Shown here piece by piece: positions 1 to 13,212 of a stretch of DNA of 51,837 nucleotides. The number at the start of each line of letters is the position of its first letter. Positions within the stretch are counted from its first letter, which is position 1. This stretch comes from Vitrella brassicaformis CCMP3155 (lineage: Eukaryota; Protista; Chromerida), in the NCBI GenBank assembly GCA_001179505.1, contig CDMY01000559.1, positions 1-51,837 on the forward strand. Direction: 5' to 3'. The translations under genes were made by a program, and so were the position numbers. Under the pieces are notes generated by a model. That model saw only the letters and a program-made list of their open reading frames with translations, was not told the DNA's origin and searched no databases.

Positions 1-345
1 GCCATCACCGAAGTGAGACCTGTGTTGACCACCCTTCATGATGCCATACATGGACAGAAACAACTTTGACTGACTGGCCAGTCCATCGGTCTTATTAAAG
101 TAAAAGCACTCTTACTCTGGGACTTACCGCCCAGCAGATCCTCTATTCAGCTAACTACAGGAAAGGTCCTCACCGGCCTTTTCGCACAATTTCCTTACAG
201 GCCGATGGGTATCTATGGATTGTGTGTTGGGGTTTGACTTAAGATGGAGACACCCTTCCCTCGCGACGAAAAATGGCGGGCTTGACAGGCAAGCTTTGGC
301 AAGCTGTAGCAGTGCAGCGCAAAGTCCACGTCTCGGGGTAAAAAG
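1..345 (+). mobile_element. Degenerate Ty1/Copia RT-RNase H remnant
   Basis: 5-189 is near-identical to 12364-12549, which continues a clear Copia RT fragment; decayed TRPDILYS-like motif (~136-150) and RNase H KSTS-like motif (~320-335); many stops and frameshifts. Confidence 0.6.
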
Positions 346-753
346 CTGAATCAAGCCAGCCAAAACAACGCGCTTTCAACTCCAACAACAAAGCATGCAT
401 GTGTACGCACCTGTATGGCTGGAAATGTATCGACGTGGGTTCCGGTGGAGATGAATGTCTCTTTCTCGGGCCCTCTAGAAGCCTTCTCTTGTGGCCACTA
501 CCAAGACATCTTTAAAACCTTCCAAATGTGCCAAGTGTCGAAAACGTTTGAAATCTAGAAGAGTTTCAGTAAAAATGACTGGTAATATGAGGTCTGTATC
601 AAGTAAAATGAGGTCCAGTATCATTTGTGGGGGGGGACTCCTTCATCGTGTCGGTCTTTCGGTCACTGTTGAAAAATAGGGGATACTCGGGGAAATAGTT
701 TGGAACGCGAAACGTAGAGAAAGGCTGTATTCAACACAAGGGAATCAGAGACG

Positions 754-2474
754 ATGTTCCTGTGCTTGAATCTCGTCTTGCTGGGGGTTCTACTCTGCGG
801 GTTTGTTCATTTCCAAATGGACGGTCAGACATTTTACCTTAGTGGAGGATCAAACACACGACATGTCCAGGGGAACGGAACACGCTCGCGGGCCGATGAG
901 GCAATGCAGTACGACATAAAGGCGAGCGAGCGGAGACGACAGCTGAGGGAGAATGAACCCGGGGGGAAAAACCTGACCAAATTGCTTGAGGTGATAATCC
1001 CAGCTGAGTCCTCTTACTACACCACGATCTCACCTTTGCGAAGATGGCAGCCTCCAAAGTGTGACCGTTCAAAGCTTATCCGCGCCTACAAACGGAACCT
1101 ACATGCGGAAGAGAGGGTGGTTGTCGATGCGGATGAGCTGCCCTTCGACTTCTTTCAGGCAGAGATACACAAGGCATGACAACGTCTCACATGACCTGTC
1201 CATTTAATAATTCATAGAACATGTTGACAGCCGTGGTGTACTTGGGTCCGCAGCGCCTCCATTCGTGGTCTGCCAAAATGCTTCCCGAGCTAGAGGTCAG
1301 AGTGCCAACAGATCTGCGTCTCTTCAGCATGAGTGATGCCTCTTCGTCTGCGTCACCAAGTAGGCATGTTCGCTCGTGAAAGAAATTTTGATCGACTGGT
1401 GGCCGGATTCTGGGCTGGACCTCAACGAAATCAACGGCACATCTCTGTCCAAAGTGCGCCTAGTGCCTGGCAAGAGGGGTCTAGGCGAGCGTTATTTTGT
1501 GGCGGAACATATCCATACGCCATACGTGGCTCTCTTCGATGTAAGGTACCCGACTGCGAGCTGAGATGAGAGTGATATCATCATTAATGCTGTATGCCCG
1601 TTCAGGATGATCGTGGCTTTAGCTGTGGTATGCCGCGCAGTACACCAAAACATGTAGAGAGAAGCATAAGGAAGCGCCGACGGGGATCCGTTGTGCTTCT
1701 CAGAGATTTTGTATCGTTTGCTGATCCTTGTGGTCCGGTTTCCTAGCAAGATAGTCACGACGACTGAAATGGGCCGGTCAATCCTCAAGTGCGAAGATGA
1801 GGCGAGGATGAGGTAGATTCATGGATGTAGTGTAATAGAGGTCAATGCGCTTCTGGACCGATTCAGATACCCGTATTTCCCTGACCATGGTGAGATTGCT
1901 TTGCCTAGCGCGTCAGTGATAGCCAAGTCGCTCCTCATCTCCTACAAAGAACTCATGCTGCCGTGAGAGACCACATCATGGTCCAGCCTTGTAAACAAGT
2001 CTCTTGTGTGTCTGTCAGGTCTGTTGTCGAACTCATCAACCGGGAACTTAATTGCGAGGTTAGTTGTTGAGGCTGTGAGAGGACTCTCTCTTGCTTGCTC
2101 CACATTGCTGACGTACCGGCCTCTGTCCGCAGGACGTGGCCCTAAATTGGCTCGTTGCGTCTATTTCGGGCGACAATCAGAGTGGTAGCGCCTCTCGTCT
2201 TCACAGCCCTCATATGCACTCTGGTGTTTCTTCTGTAGGCGTCTTTCTCGATGAGGAGCTGGTTGAGGGTATTGTGCATCTAGTTGATCGCAAAGGGCTG
2301 TCCAAGAAGATGAACCCCGTGGAGAGGCGCAGCGCATGCCTCAATATGATGGTCAGCGTTCTCGCTGGATGGCCGGTGCCTCACGGGAGAACGGTCGCCA
2401 CCGTGATCTCTAAAGCAAAGCTCACCAAGGCGGAACCCCTGCATAAGAAGAGAAGGACCCAGAACAAGATCTAA
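754..2474 (+). CDS. Spliced glycosyltransferase family 64 (exostosin C-terminal-like) protein with N-terminal membrane anchor
   Basis: Hydrophobic N-terminus MFLCLNLVLLGVLLCGFVHF; GT-AG splicing reconstructs ERYFVAEHIHTPYVALFD|DDR (DxD), RFPSKIV, NRELNCE|DVALNWLVASISG (NCED signature, intron 2059-2132) and RRSACLN; stop at 2474. Confidence 0.8.
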
Positions 2475-3117
2475 GTCAAAAGCGGGGAGGACCAAAGGGA
2501 GGAAAAATAAGAGCTGGCGCTGGTCATATCCCTATTTGTTCATAGAAGTATGTGGTATTTGTAACCGACAAATGTGTTGACAAAGCATTGATGTGAACCA
2601 TGATATTGTCGGTCTGGTATTTATAAATCACATGTGATCACTTCAGATTGTATCACATTTGACTGGTATTTGTCTGATACGTGTACAACATTCAGTGCAG
2701 GGTACGTGTACAACTTCAGTGCACGCATGAGGCAATTAGAACTCCCCCTGCACTGAAGAAGCCCTCCGAGTCCCTATAACGGCAAGGGGTATGTGAGATG
2801 ACTTCTGCAGCAAGGAGAGTGTCAGCTGAAGAGAGATATGCAGCAAGGAGAGAATCCACACGTAACATCCGTATGCCCGGCTTGGCCGGCTTCTACTCTC
2901 CGTGTCGTCTTTATTCCGTGACCTCTAATTCGACGGGATTTGTGTGGCTTCCGGATCTTCGGATCATCGCGCATGCACCCAGGTATCATTGCATGGGGGA
3001 GGATGACGCGACGGCGCAGACCAGACCGTCCCCCTGCCCTCCCTTGTCAATCGGATGCTCGCTGGAGACATGGCGGACAGCTGCACTAAGACTCTTTCGG
3101 CTGCCCGCCTTTTTACT

Positions 3118-5092
3118 CTGATGAAAGACAACGGAGGGGTCCGGCCATTGCTATGGGTGATGTGCTTCGGAGATGGGTAACGAAGGCGGTCTGTATGGAT
3201 AACAAACTCGCCTTCGAAGACTATTTTTCACCCCTGCAGTTCGTGGTCGGTACGTCGGCAGGCGGAGAAAAGCTTTTTCGCGCCTGTCTGACCTTCACTG
3301 AGACAAGCCGCGACGACTCTGATAGACGTGTTTCGTTGGTGACTTTGGACTGCAAGAACGCCTTCAACATCGACCGACCGGCAATCCTCGACGAGCTCGC
3401 ACAAAGTGGCCGTCCCTTGTCGACTTTTTCTGGCAGTTCTACGGCACCCCGGCTGAGCTGTGGTATCGCATGGAGGACGGACGCACAGAGACCATCCTCA
3501 GTCAGGAAGGCACCCAGCAAGGCGATGCAGCGAGCTCTTTTCTCTTCTGCCTGGGCCTCCACCCTGCTCTCGTCAAACTGCACGAAGAGTTCCCCGACGA
3601 CTTCGTTAGTGCATTCATGGACGACATCGATGGTGGACTGGACGAGACACGTGTGACACGGTATGTGGACAGGGCTGAGCAGCTTCTGGCCGAGAAGAAA
3701 GTGAGGCTGCGGAGAGACACGAGTGCTGCATAGCCCCCGCTGGCAACAAGATTCTGACATCCCCGCGGACATCGCCGCCTCCAACGCCAAGTGCCCCATT
3801 GAAGGCATCACTGTCCTCGGCTGCCCGCTTGGCGGCAACTCTTTCATCCAGCACAGCCTCGAGAAGATCACCACCAGCCGAAGGGCATGGAATTGTGTCC
3901 CATCCCACTTGGAATATCTGTGACAATCGTCCTTGGTCCACCACCGGCCAAGGAGCCCTCGAGAAAAACTGAACTAATTTGGCTGCGCCTCCTCCCCCCG
4001 GACTCCGATGTCTCCCTGGCAGCCGCCGAGCGACATGACGCCGCCATTCTCACGGCATTCAGGCGCATGTTCCGCTTCGCTGGTTGCTGACTTCCCTGGC
4101 TCGGTTTCCGCACGAGTTCAGCTGCCCATCCGGCTGGAAGGGTTTGGCCTCATCTCTGCAACCACGATTGCCCCATCGGTTGGAGTGACGGCATCTGGCG
4201 TCTCTAGCCGCTTTCGTGGAGCCCCATGGCTGCCACAGGGTGGGCCCGCTGCTCTACTTGACCTGTCCTGGCACCAAGCAGCGACACCTGCTCTTGCCGC
4301 AGTCTCTGAGGCGGTCGGGCTGTCCAGGAGTCCTCCCTCTCCTCCTCCATGTCCTTATCTCGAGGCCGCAGGTTCGGCTGCAGCAGCGCCTGACCGACCA
4401 GCCGCACAAGTTCCGCTTAACGAGCTCTTCAACTCGCTTCCGCCTGACAGCCGAGCCCGCGCCGCCTTCTGATCCGTCGAGGGCCCCTCTCGTCTGCCTG
4501 GCTGTCCGCGATCCCCTCCAGTGACCACAAGGCGCTGAACAACTTCAAGTATCGCCATGCCGTCGCCGAGTGTCTCGGCATCAGCCTTCTGTCTCGCAGC
4601 GATGCATCTGCGGCGGGGAGAGCTTGACAAATTTGGCGATCACTGCTACGTGTGTCACACGGGGCAGTAAGCGTGTGACGAGATCTCACAACAATATGCG
4701 CAACTTGTTTGTTCGCCATCCTGGCTGAGGCAGATGTTCCCTCCAATGTGGAGGTGCCTGTGCAGAGCCTCGGCGTCAGCGCGCCCGACGACAACCCCAA
4801 CAGCCAGCGCATACACATCTACTGTGTGATCGACGGCCATGACTACCTGCTCGATGTCGCCATCGCCCACCCCTGCAAGCCTGACGACTCCCCCATCCCC
4901 TCCCACCGAACACTCAACCGGCGTCGCGCACAAGTTCCGAGTGGCAAGACTGCGCAACTTGCGGAGAAAGACAATATCGACAAGTATGGCCCGACCGCAG
5001 AAGCAGCTGGCTTCCGCTTTGTGCCTCTCCTAGGGGACATTCGGCAGGTGGGGAGAGAAGACGGTGGACTTCCCTCGAATGCAACTGCCTGA
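3118..5092 (+). mobile_element. 5'-truncated, frameshifted CRE-like non-LTR retrotransposon (family 1): RT, CCHC region, REL endonuclease
   Basis: PIAMGDVLRRWVTKAVC, QFVVGTSAGGE, LDCKNAFN, ILSQEGTQQGD, FMDDI, QLPIRLEGFG, and REL-like RIHIY...LLDVAIAHP...DKYG...FRFVPL; coding frames broken repeatedly. Confidence 0.85.
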
Positions 5093-5335
5093 CTCGATTT
5101 ATTTACGGACAAGCTGACGTGCAAGCTGACATGCAAAAGAAAAAAGTCAGATGGCGCCTGTCTTATGATCCAACAACACCACGCCCAGACGTCATCTGAG
5201 CCGTCCCTCCAGAAGGCTTGATAAACTCGCACAAGACTGATGAATCGCAGCAGGGGTTAGTTCTTGTCTCTGTGCTACTTGTTTTCTCCAGCCCCGCAAG
5301 AACAGAAATCCTCCCCTCTCGCAATTGATCCTTCT

Positions 5336-7563
5336 TCATCCCCTCTTGGGCATTTTGCGTCGCTGCTTGTTCATCTTGACGCGAGATGCTCTGTTGGATA
5401 CACAGTGGAAGTGAAGACGCGCGGAGAGCCAAAACCTGCGGTTCTTACCTCTCTCGTTTCTTCTGCGCGGATCTCGACATGGGTGGTTCCTGGTGCGGTG
5501 ATCGATCGGTGCCGACAGAAACTGTGGCGCAAGACACAATGCAAGCTTCTGATACATATCTGTCAGTGTCAATCAATTGGTGTAGCTAACCAGGCTGAGC
5601 AGCTTCCTCGTCAGGCTTCATTTCAGTGTCCGCTAACAGGCCTACATATTCGAAGATTGATACATGTTCCTGGTCCCTTGATGGCGATTTCTCTGTCACA
5701 GTCTCACGCTTGTCTTCATCCACGGCCAGGGCCGCTATATCGCGCGCTTGCGTCACAGCAGTAGTTGAGAAGCCCCGATCGAGCCCTTTGGCCCTTTTCT
5801 TGGTTTTCTGATCGTCGAAACAAGTGTGCTGAGGCCTATCATCTGATGCGCATACTCGTCACCTTTTCTGTCTTCTCACGGTCCGTCTTTCTGTCATCGT
5901 CCTCGAGAAGCGACTTTCCGGACACAAAGGCGGGAAACTCATTGGCCACCTGTTTGCGAATGTACAGGTTCGACAAGACTGTGGTGAAATTGTTTGTCAG
6001 CCAGTAAATTCCGAGGCCTTGCGGGACGGACAGGGCAAACCAACCGATCTGAAAGAGAGAAATAACTAGTAGCATTTCGGAACAAGGCATGTTCGGTCAT
6101 CTCAGGCCTTACCATGACAGGGATAACCCGGCTGAGCCAGGGTATCTTTCCCTTTGTGCCATCAGGCCGCTGGGCCAGAAGCTCCTGAGAGATGAGACAC
6201 TCATCATGCTCTGCTTGCTAATCCCGCGTGTTCGTGCATTAATGTTTGTGCATTTGCTTGCCCACCGTAGCCAGCAGCTGCGACAGGATCAGGGCGAGCG
6301 GCAGCAGAAGATACAGACCAGCATCCACCCACCCCACAGGAGGCGCACCATTCCTAAAACGAAGAAACGAAGCATCCATAATCAACCTGGGGGGGCGGGG
6401 GAGGCGCGTCCTACTGAAATGGGAAGAGCCATGCAGTCGACGGCGTGTCGGAGAAGGTGGGACCGGCCAGTGACGGGATCCAGAGAAATGGCTGCTGGAA
6501 GTTCTGGTCATCGTATGCCAGCTTGAGTATCGCCCTGGGCCGCCAATGATCACTAGGGTAGCAACCAAATGAGAGAGGAATCTCTGGACGTACCTGTAAA
6601 GCCCAATGAATATGGGAGTCTGGGCCAGTAGCGGGAAGAATGACGACAGGGGGTTCACATTCGCCTTGGCATACAATTTTTGCACTTCCTGAATGCAAAC
6701 GACGGAGGATTCCTGAATGCATTCGTATCCTTTTTGCCGTACTTGTGCATATCGCTGTTGGTTGTCCCCAAATCGCTCCTTCAACTTCTCCATCTGAGAG
6801 AGAACGAGGGAGCGACAAGTATAGAGAAAAAGTAGCAGTAGCAGCTTCACTACGCGTGACACCTGCGGTTGCAGCAGGCTGACAATATTGGTCGTCTTGA
6901 GGGCGTTTGCTGTTAGAGGCCACAGGAGTGCCTTCACCAAGATCGTATAAACTACGAGCGATAAGCCAAAACTACTGCCAGGCATCACTTGCTCCAAACT
7001 ACATCCAGGCATGCACACATATTGTTGTTGCATTTTCGCTCTGCCGTGCGAATCTCACCCGCTGTCAATCAACTCGATGACCGCTGCCTGCAGGCCGACG
7101 AATTCTGTGCACGCATCCCACATGCACACAGACATAAGGCGACTTCCCGGTTTACGTCTATTCTTCAGCTTACTGTCCCACAATCCTTCCCCTTCAGCAG
7201 CGATCAGAGCTGACGACAAGTGGTCCAGAGCGGCGTCAGATGCTGCAGCAATTGACTAACCAAAGGGAAGCACACGGTTGCTGCCTGTCAGGGCTTGGTT
7301 TGCGGGAGATGGCTTACAGGTGCCAGCAAGAGCAAAGAAAGACCTCCACAAAGAGCTGGAGGCGCCATGGCAGGGTAAAACTCTCTTTTCCTGTCGCTGA
7401 CCGTGGGACACTTCTCGCCGGACGCAGAAACAGTCAATCGTGACAGACCGCCCTTTGTGGCTGATCTGGTGGTGTGAATGAGAGGGCGCACAGGCTGGAA
7501 GGAAAGCGCCAAGGCAAGAAAGTGCATGAATATGAGAATCAGCAGAACCATCAACCACCTCAT
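5336..7563 (-). CDS. ALB3: Spliced plastid-targeted Alb3/Oxa1/YidC membrane protein insertase (3' end uncertain, about 5336-5590)
   Basis: ATG at 7563, MRWLMVLLILIFMHFLALALS-FQP leader; SFGLSLVVYTILVKALLWPLT, LQPQ..KLKERFGDNQQ, LYAKANVNPLSSFFPLLAQTPIFIGLYR, IGWFALSVPQGLGIYWLTNN are YidC/Alb3 motifs separated by GT-AG introns. Confidence 0.88.
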
Positions 7564-8008
7564 GTTGGCAGTGTGCTCGCTTGCTTGCTTAGGCGTTTGA
7601 CGAAACACGTGTCCCTAAGCCCGGCGTCTCCTTGTCCAGCAGCAGCGGTTTCGTGAAATACCCTAGGCGGCGACGGCCAGATCCCGTATCCCCACCATGC
7701 GAGCTTAGTCAGTAGAGCGTCAAGAGGGCACATCCTGCCATATATCACTTCCATCCTGTGCAGGTCAAGCATTCTCTTCCTCAGATCTCATCCACACGCA
7801 AGGAAATGAGAGAGCGCTGAGCTGTCTTGTGAAGACCCCATGAGCAAACAGCTGGCCACTCTTCCTGACTGCCGTGTGTTCTGTTGTCCTTTGTGGTGAT
7901 TGACTGTTGCTACGGACCTATCTACTGTGTTCAATGGATGTCGATACACCAGATTCACAGCCCCTGGGACATACGCAGCCCGGGCCTCGGCTCAGACTGA
8001 GACATTCC

Positions 8009-9507
8009 GAGTAAGGGGCACGCACTGCGTGGGCACCCCGGGCCGCGAATTGGGCGGGGTTCGAAAGCAGACGTGAAGTGGTGGTTCAATTATGCGTCAC
8101 AGAGACGTGCACAGGCAAGAACTACACCGACGCATGCAACAAACTTGGCGAGAGCTTGAAAAACGTGCAGATCTTGAAAAACAGACGTGGGGATAACATG
8201 CAGGTACTCAGAGTGGCTGCACCAAGAACACAAGACACCCCCCATGTTGCCGCTCCTGCTGCGCCCGTGTTGAAGACGTGCTTCGCCAAGTATATCAATG
8301 CATCGCTGGATGCCATTGGTGTGAACCTATCGATATCCAGCGATTATATCAAGAGACATGCCGCCAGGATCAGCCCAACGATGACCTGCACCAGCAACGC
8401 AACAAGCTAAGTGAAACCGGCCACAGCCGCGCCACGTCAGATGAAGAAAGCCTTCTGAGTGAGTAGCTTCTCTTCGAGTCGAATCTCTTCACACACGGTG
8501 GTCACTCGATGAATGCTGCCAGCCTCATTCGACTGCTGGCGCAGCCGCTGTCCGCATTCAAGCCGCCTGAGACGGTCGACGACAGGACCTTCTCTGTTCA
8601 CTGGGCGAGCCGTTACCAATTGAACGAAGAGCAGCGTTCCAAATCATCTGCAGCCACTTGCTGAACCACTACAAAGACCTGAGGGACAATAAATACATCG
8701 CGCCATTGCGCATGTGCCTGACCGGCGAGGGCGGCACCGGCAAAACACACGTCATCAAAGCAGCCGTGAAGGCCTACTTTGCTGAACTGCAATGCAGACA
8801 TTGGCTGTGTCTAGCGGCACTTACCGGTGTGGCTGCAGATAACACCGAAGGCTCGACCATCGATTCGCTCCTGCGCCTCTTTGATGACTTCAAGAGTGGC
8901 AAGAAGAGGCTGCGGCGCCAAGCGGGGAAGCAGCAGACAGTCGATGGTGACCGCATTTGCAGAGAGGAGTCTTGCAAGCATATCCACTACCGAGTACACT
9001 ACACGATAGTCGCGAGACCTCTTTCTTTAACCGCCAGAAGCTCCACAAAGTCGATGCGGCACTGAGGGACCTGCGAAAAGGCACCCAAGAAGGACCAAGC
9101 TCAACCAGCTGCATGAACGGACAACGGAGAAACATCCCGTCCACCACAAACTGGCGCGTTTCGTGTGTTAACAGTCAGTTGATGCATTTTTTAAGAAGTT
9201 CTCGCCCAGAGATACCCTTGTTCGTTGACTTTCTCCGGAGCTTTTTCCAGCAGCAGCTTTCAGGGAGCACCCTAGACGGCCTGACGGCCAAGCCTTTTTC
9301 AATCACTTGCCGCTTTAGGGCACATCAGTTTAACGTTCACTTATCCAAAAACGTGACAAAAAAACACGAAGCTTCTCGACATATTGACGTGTCTGTAGTA
9401 GTGCAAGCAACAGATCAGATCACCGCTACCGATTTTCCTTTTCTCTTCCATACGATCGTGATCGAACGTTTTGTCTGACCGGACGTGTTGTTTCATAAAG
9501 ACGCAAA
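8009..9507 (+). mobile_element. PIF1-family helicase remnant, copy 1 (Helitron-like or transposon-captured)
   Basis: LNEEQ..FQII..HLLNH..PLRMCLTGEGGTGKTHVIKA (Walker A), AALTGVAADNTEGSTIDSLL, KVDAALRDLR; frameshifted; duplicated at 10590-12027. Confidence 0.75.
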
Positions 9508-9968
9508 TTCAAAGTAAAGGGCCCCCTCAAGCGGGTGCCCTTAGAGCCGCGAATCGGACGGGGAAGGCGGCAGGGGTACTTGCAGTGGCAGTACGATGGT
9601 GTGAGTGGCACGAGTGGCTCCAGTGGCCGTCGAGAGGGAACATCGCTTCATCTCATATGGTCAGGTCCGCAATGCATGAAAAAGGAGCAGCTCAGTGAAT
9701 TCTGTGGCGTGTTAAGTGCAGGGAGGAAGTCGCTGGGATTACACTCATGCAGACAGGCAGGCGAGCGAGACACGCGGTCAGTCCGAGAGTGCATGAAGTA
9801 TGCGTGTGAAGTATGTTTGTGAAGGATGTATGTGACATGTGTGTCTTACGAAGCCACAGCATCAGACACAATAAAAACACAAAGACATGCAGATTGAACC
9901 TAATGATATACCCACACTAATGGATTGAAACATATCCATAGACATGCACACAGGCAGGGACACACAGT

Positions 9969-10268
9969 NNNNNNNNNNNNNNNNNNNNNNNNNNNNNNNN
10001 NNNNNNNNNNNNNNNNNNNNNNNNNNNNNNNNNNNNNNNNNNNNNNNNNNNNNNNNNNNNNNNNNNNNNNNNNNNNNNNNNNNNNNNNNNNNNNNNNNNN
10101 NNNNNNNNNNNNNNNNNNNNNNNNNNNNNNNNNNNNNNNNNNNNNNNNNNNNNNNNNNNNNNNNNNNNNNNNNNNNNNNNNNNNNNNNNNNNNNNNNNNN
10201 NNNNNNNNNNNNNNNNNNNNNNNNNNNNNNNNNNNNNNNNNNNNNNNNNNNNNNNNNNNNNNNNNNNN
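9969..10268. other. Assembly gap (~300 N)
   Basis: Run of N; the flanks match a contiguous copy at ~21180-22027 (~850 bp), so the gap length is a placeholder. Confidence 0.95.
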
Positions 10269-10589
10269 CGCCGCCGACCACCCTCATGCCTTCTTCTGAC
10301 TCTATGCTGATGCGCTGTCGCTTGTGACAAACACTTGACAAGCTGGGAAGGACTTATGCGCTATGTCCAAGAGCCGGCTCCAGCTGCAGCGGTTTCACGT
10401 CATACCCTAGACGTGCGTCGTGCGAGCTGCTGAGCTTCCTCATCTGCCGGAGCAGTCGCGAGGTTTTAACGCGTTGGGTGAGTAGTGGGGGTGCCAGCAA
10501 CAGCACTGGTGTGAGGTGACCTTCTGTTTTTTCAGTTCGACCGTGATCGACCGTTTTGTCTGACCGCACGCCTTCCGTCTGAGAAAGAT

Positions 10590-12027
10590 TCCGAGTAAGG
10601 CGCACCCACTGCGTGGGCACCCCGGGCCGCGAATTGGGCGGGAGTCGAAAAAAGCGTGCGAAGTGGTGGTTCAATTATGCGTCACAGAGACGTGCACAGC
10701 ACAAGCCAAGCACAAGTGTTGGCGAGAAGCACATCGACGCATGCAACAATGGCGAAAGTTTCAAAAACATGCAGACACCAAATGGCGGGAGCTTGAAAAA
10801 CATGCAGGTACTCAAGAGGGCTGCACCAAGAACACAAGCCCCCCCCATGTTGCCGCTCCTGTTACGTCCGAGTTGATGACTATCAATAGGCTTGTCAATC
10901 AAATGGGAACCGCCAGGATCAGCCCAACGATGACCTGCACCAGCAACGCAACAAGGTAAATGATATCGGCCACAGCCGCACCACGTCAGATGAAGCAAGC
11001 CTCCTGAGTAGCTTCTCTTCGAGTCGAATCTCTCCACACACGGTGGTCACTCGATGAATGCTGCCAGCCTCATTCGACTGCTGGTGCAGCCGGCGTCCGC
11101 ATTCAAGCCGCCTGAGACTGGGCGAGCCATTACCAATTGAACGAAGAGCAGATGCGGGCGTTCCAAATCATCGGCAGCCACTTGCTGAACCACGACAAAG
11201 ACCTGAGGGACAAAAAATGCATCACGCCATTGCGCATGTGCCTGACCGGCGAGTTCGGCACCGGCAAGACCGTCATGAATGAAGGCTTGTTCTGCTGAAC
11301 TGGAAAGCAGACATTGGCTGTGTCTGGCGGCACTTACCGGTGTTGCAGATAACACCGAAGGCTCGGCAGCATCGATTCGCTCCTGCACGTCTTCGATGAC
11401 TTCAAGAGTGGCGAGAAGAGGCTGCGGCGCCAAGCGGGGAAGCAGCAGACAGTCGATGGTGACCGCATTTGCAGAGAGGAGTCTTGCAAGCATATCCACT
11501 ACCGAGTACACTGCACGATAGTCGCGAGATCTCTTTCGTTAACCGCCAGAAGCTCCACAAAGTCGATGCGGCACTGAGGGACCTGCGAAAAGGCGCCCAA
11601 GAAAGACCAAGTTGAACCAGCTGGATGACCGGACAAGGGAGAAACATCCCGTCCACCATAAACTGGCGCGTTTCGTGTGTTAACAGTCAGTTGATGCATT
11701 TTTTAAGAGGTTCGCGCCCAGAGATACCCTTGTTCGTTGACTTTCTCCGCGAAGCAAGCGCGATCTTCTTCAAGCAGCAGTTGTTTCAGGAAGCACCCTA
11801 GACGGACTGACGGCCAAGCTTTCAAATAACTTGCCGCTTTAGGGTACATCAGTTTAACGTTGACTGATCCAAACGTGACAAAAAAAAACACGAAGCTTCT
11901 CGACATATTGACGTGTCTGTAATAGTGCAAGCAACACAACACCGCTACCGTTTTTCCTTTTCTCTTCCATACGATCGTGATCGAACGTTTTGTCTGACCG
12001 CACGCGTTGTTTCATAAAGACGCAAAT
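10590..12027 (+). mobile_element. PIF1-family helicase remnant, copy 2 (more decayed)
   Basis: Colinear with 8009-9507; LTGEFGTGKT at ~11243-11272; independent small deletions. Confidence 0.72.
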
Positions 12028-12116
12028 TGGGCACTAGCCTAATTCGCGGAACGACGACCGTGCTGAGGTGTCAGCCCGATTCGCGCATGGGCACTAGCCC
12101 AATTCGCGGACTCGAG

Positions 12117-12549
12117 CACGCCAACGATGCTGCCTCACATGTGTCACCTGGTTCAAGCAGCAGCTGTCGAGCGTGTTTGCGACGAAGGACCTGGGCGAGG
12201 TTGACATCTTTCTCGGCCTCAAGATCATCCGCGATCGTCAAGAAAGGACCTTGCAGATCACACAGCCATAGTACATCGACAAGATGCTCAAGAGATTCAG
12301 CATGGAGAATGCGAACCCAGTGGATTTCCCTTGTGCGTCCGGTATCCAACTGACCTCTGAGATAGCACCGAAGTCAGATCTGTGTTGACCACCCTTCATG
12401 ATGCTATACATGGACAGAAACAACTTTGACTGACTGGCCAGTCCATCGGTCTTACTGAAGTAAAAGCACTCTTACTCTGGGACTTACCGCCCAGCAGATC
12501 CTCTATTCAGCTAGCTACAGGAAAGGTCCTCACCGGCCTTTTCGCACAA
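12117..12549 (+). mobile_element. Ty1/Copia reverse transcriptase fragment (pseudogene)
   Basis: From 12149: WFKQQLSSVFATKDLGEVDIFLGLKIIRDRQERTLQITQP*YIDKMLKRFSMENANPVDFP, typical Copia RT C-terminal motifs with an internal stop. Confidence 0.85.
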
Positions 12550-13212
12550 CATGATCCCCAAAACCAACACGCGGACCCACGACATGGTTACCTCTCGCAT
12601 TTGAGCTGCCCGACTCGCAGGCCTCTTCATCCCCCACGTCCCGTCACGCATCCAAGGCTCTCAATCAAGACAGCGTCCGTGGCAGATCAGACCCAGGTGA
12701 GGCGGTTTGTGACATTGGTTTGTACCCACGTGTTTCTCGTTTCCGTGTAGGCTCTCCGACAGTTTTTCCGGAAGACACTGCAGGCGAAGGCATGGCTCGG
12801 AGTTGACGAGGACATATACGTCAAGTGGTGCCTCTGGAACCTCTGCACGGCCACCGACGTGCACTCCGCGATCTCTGCCTTCATCCGCACCGCCCGCGAG
12901 TCCCTCAGCCATCTGTCCGAGCGACAACGGGGGGCGGCACCCCTCCTCACATTCCCTCCCTCCATTCACCCCCTCCAACTCGAGTGCTGTCCCCCCGCGG
13001 TGGAGCCGACGGGGGAGAGCGTTCCCGTTTCTCTGTAGGGTGGGCGGCTATGGTGACCATGTATGGGTGATGTGAAACACCCATGTGGCCCGCCATTTGT
13101 GGCCAGCCAAGCCAGGATCACGGCCGTCTCTGATACAAAGCAACCCAGGAAGGTTGTCTGTAGTGATGCAGTGATTCACTGAATGGACTGACAATGATCC
13201 ATCATTGATTCA

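Larger units (their letters stand above)
9547..12086. mobile_element. Copy of a short-TIR element family, containing an N gap and a nested PIF1 module
   Basis: 9508-9968 matches 20722-21180, 10269-10570 matches 22028-22328, and 12049-12085 matches 22412-22448; ends CCGCGAATCGG (9547) and CCCGATTCGCG (12075). Confidence 0.6.

Noticed and set aside
12700-13030. Possible gag-like or gene fragment (LRQFFRKTLQAKAWLGVDEDIYVKW)
   Set aside because: No motif I can assign with confidence.
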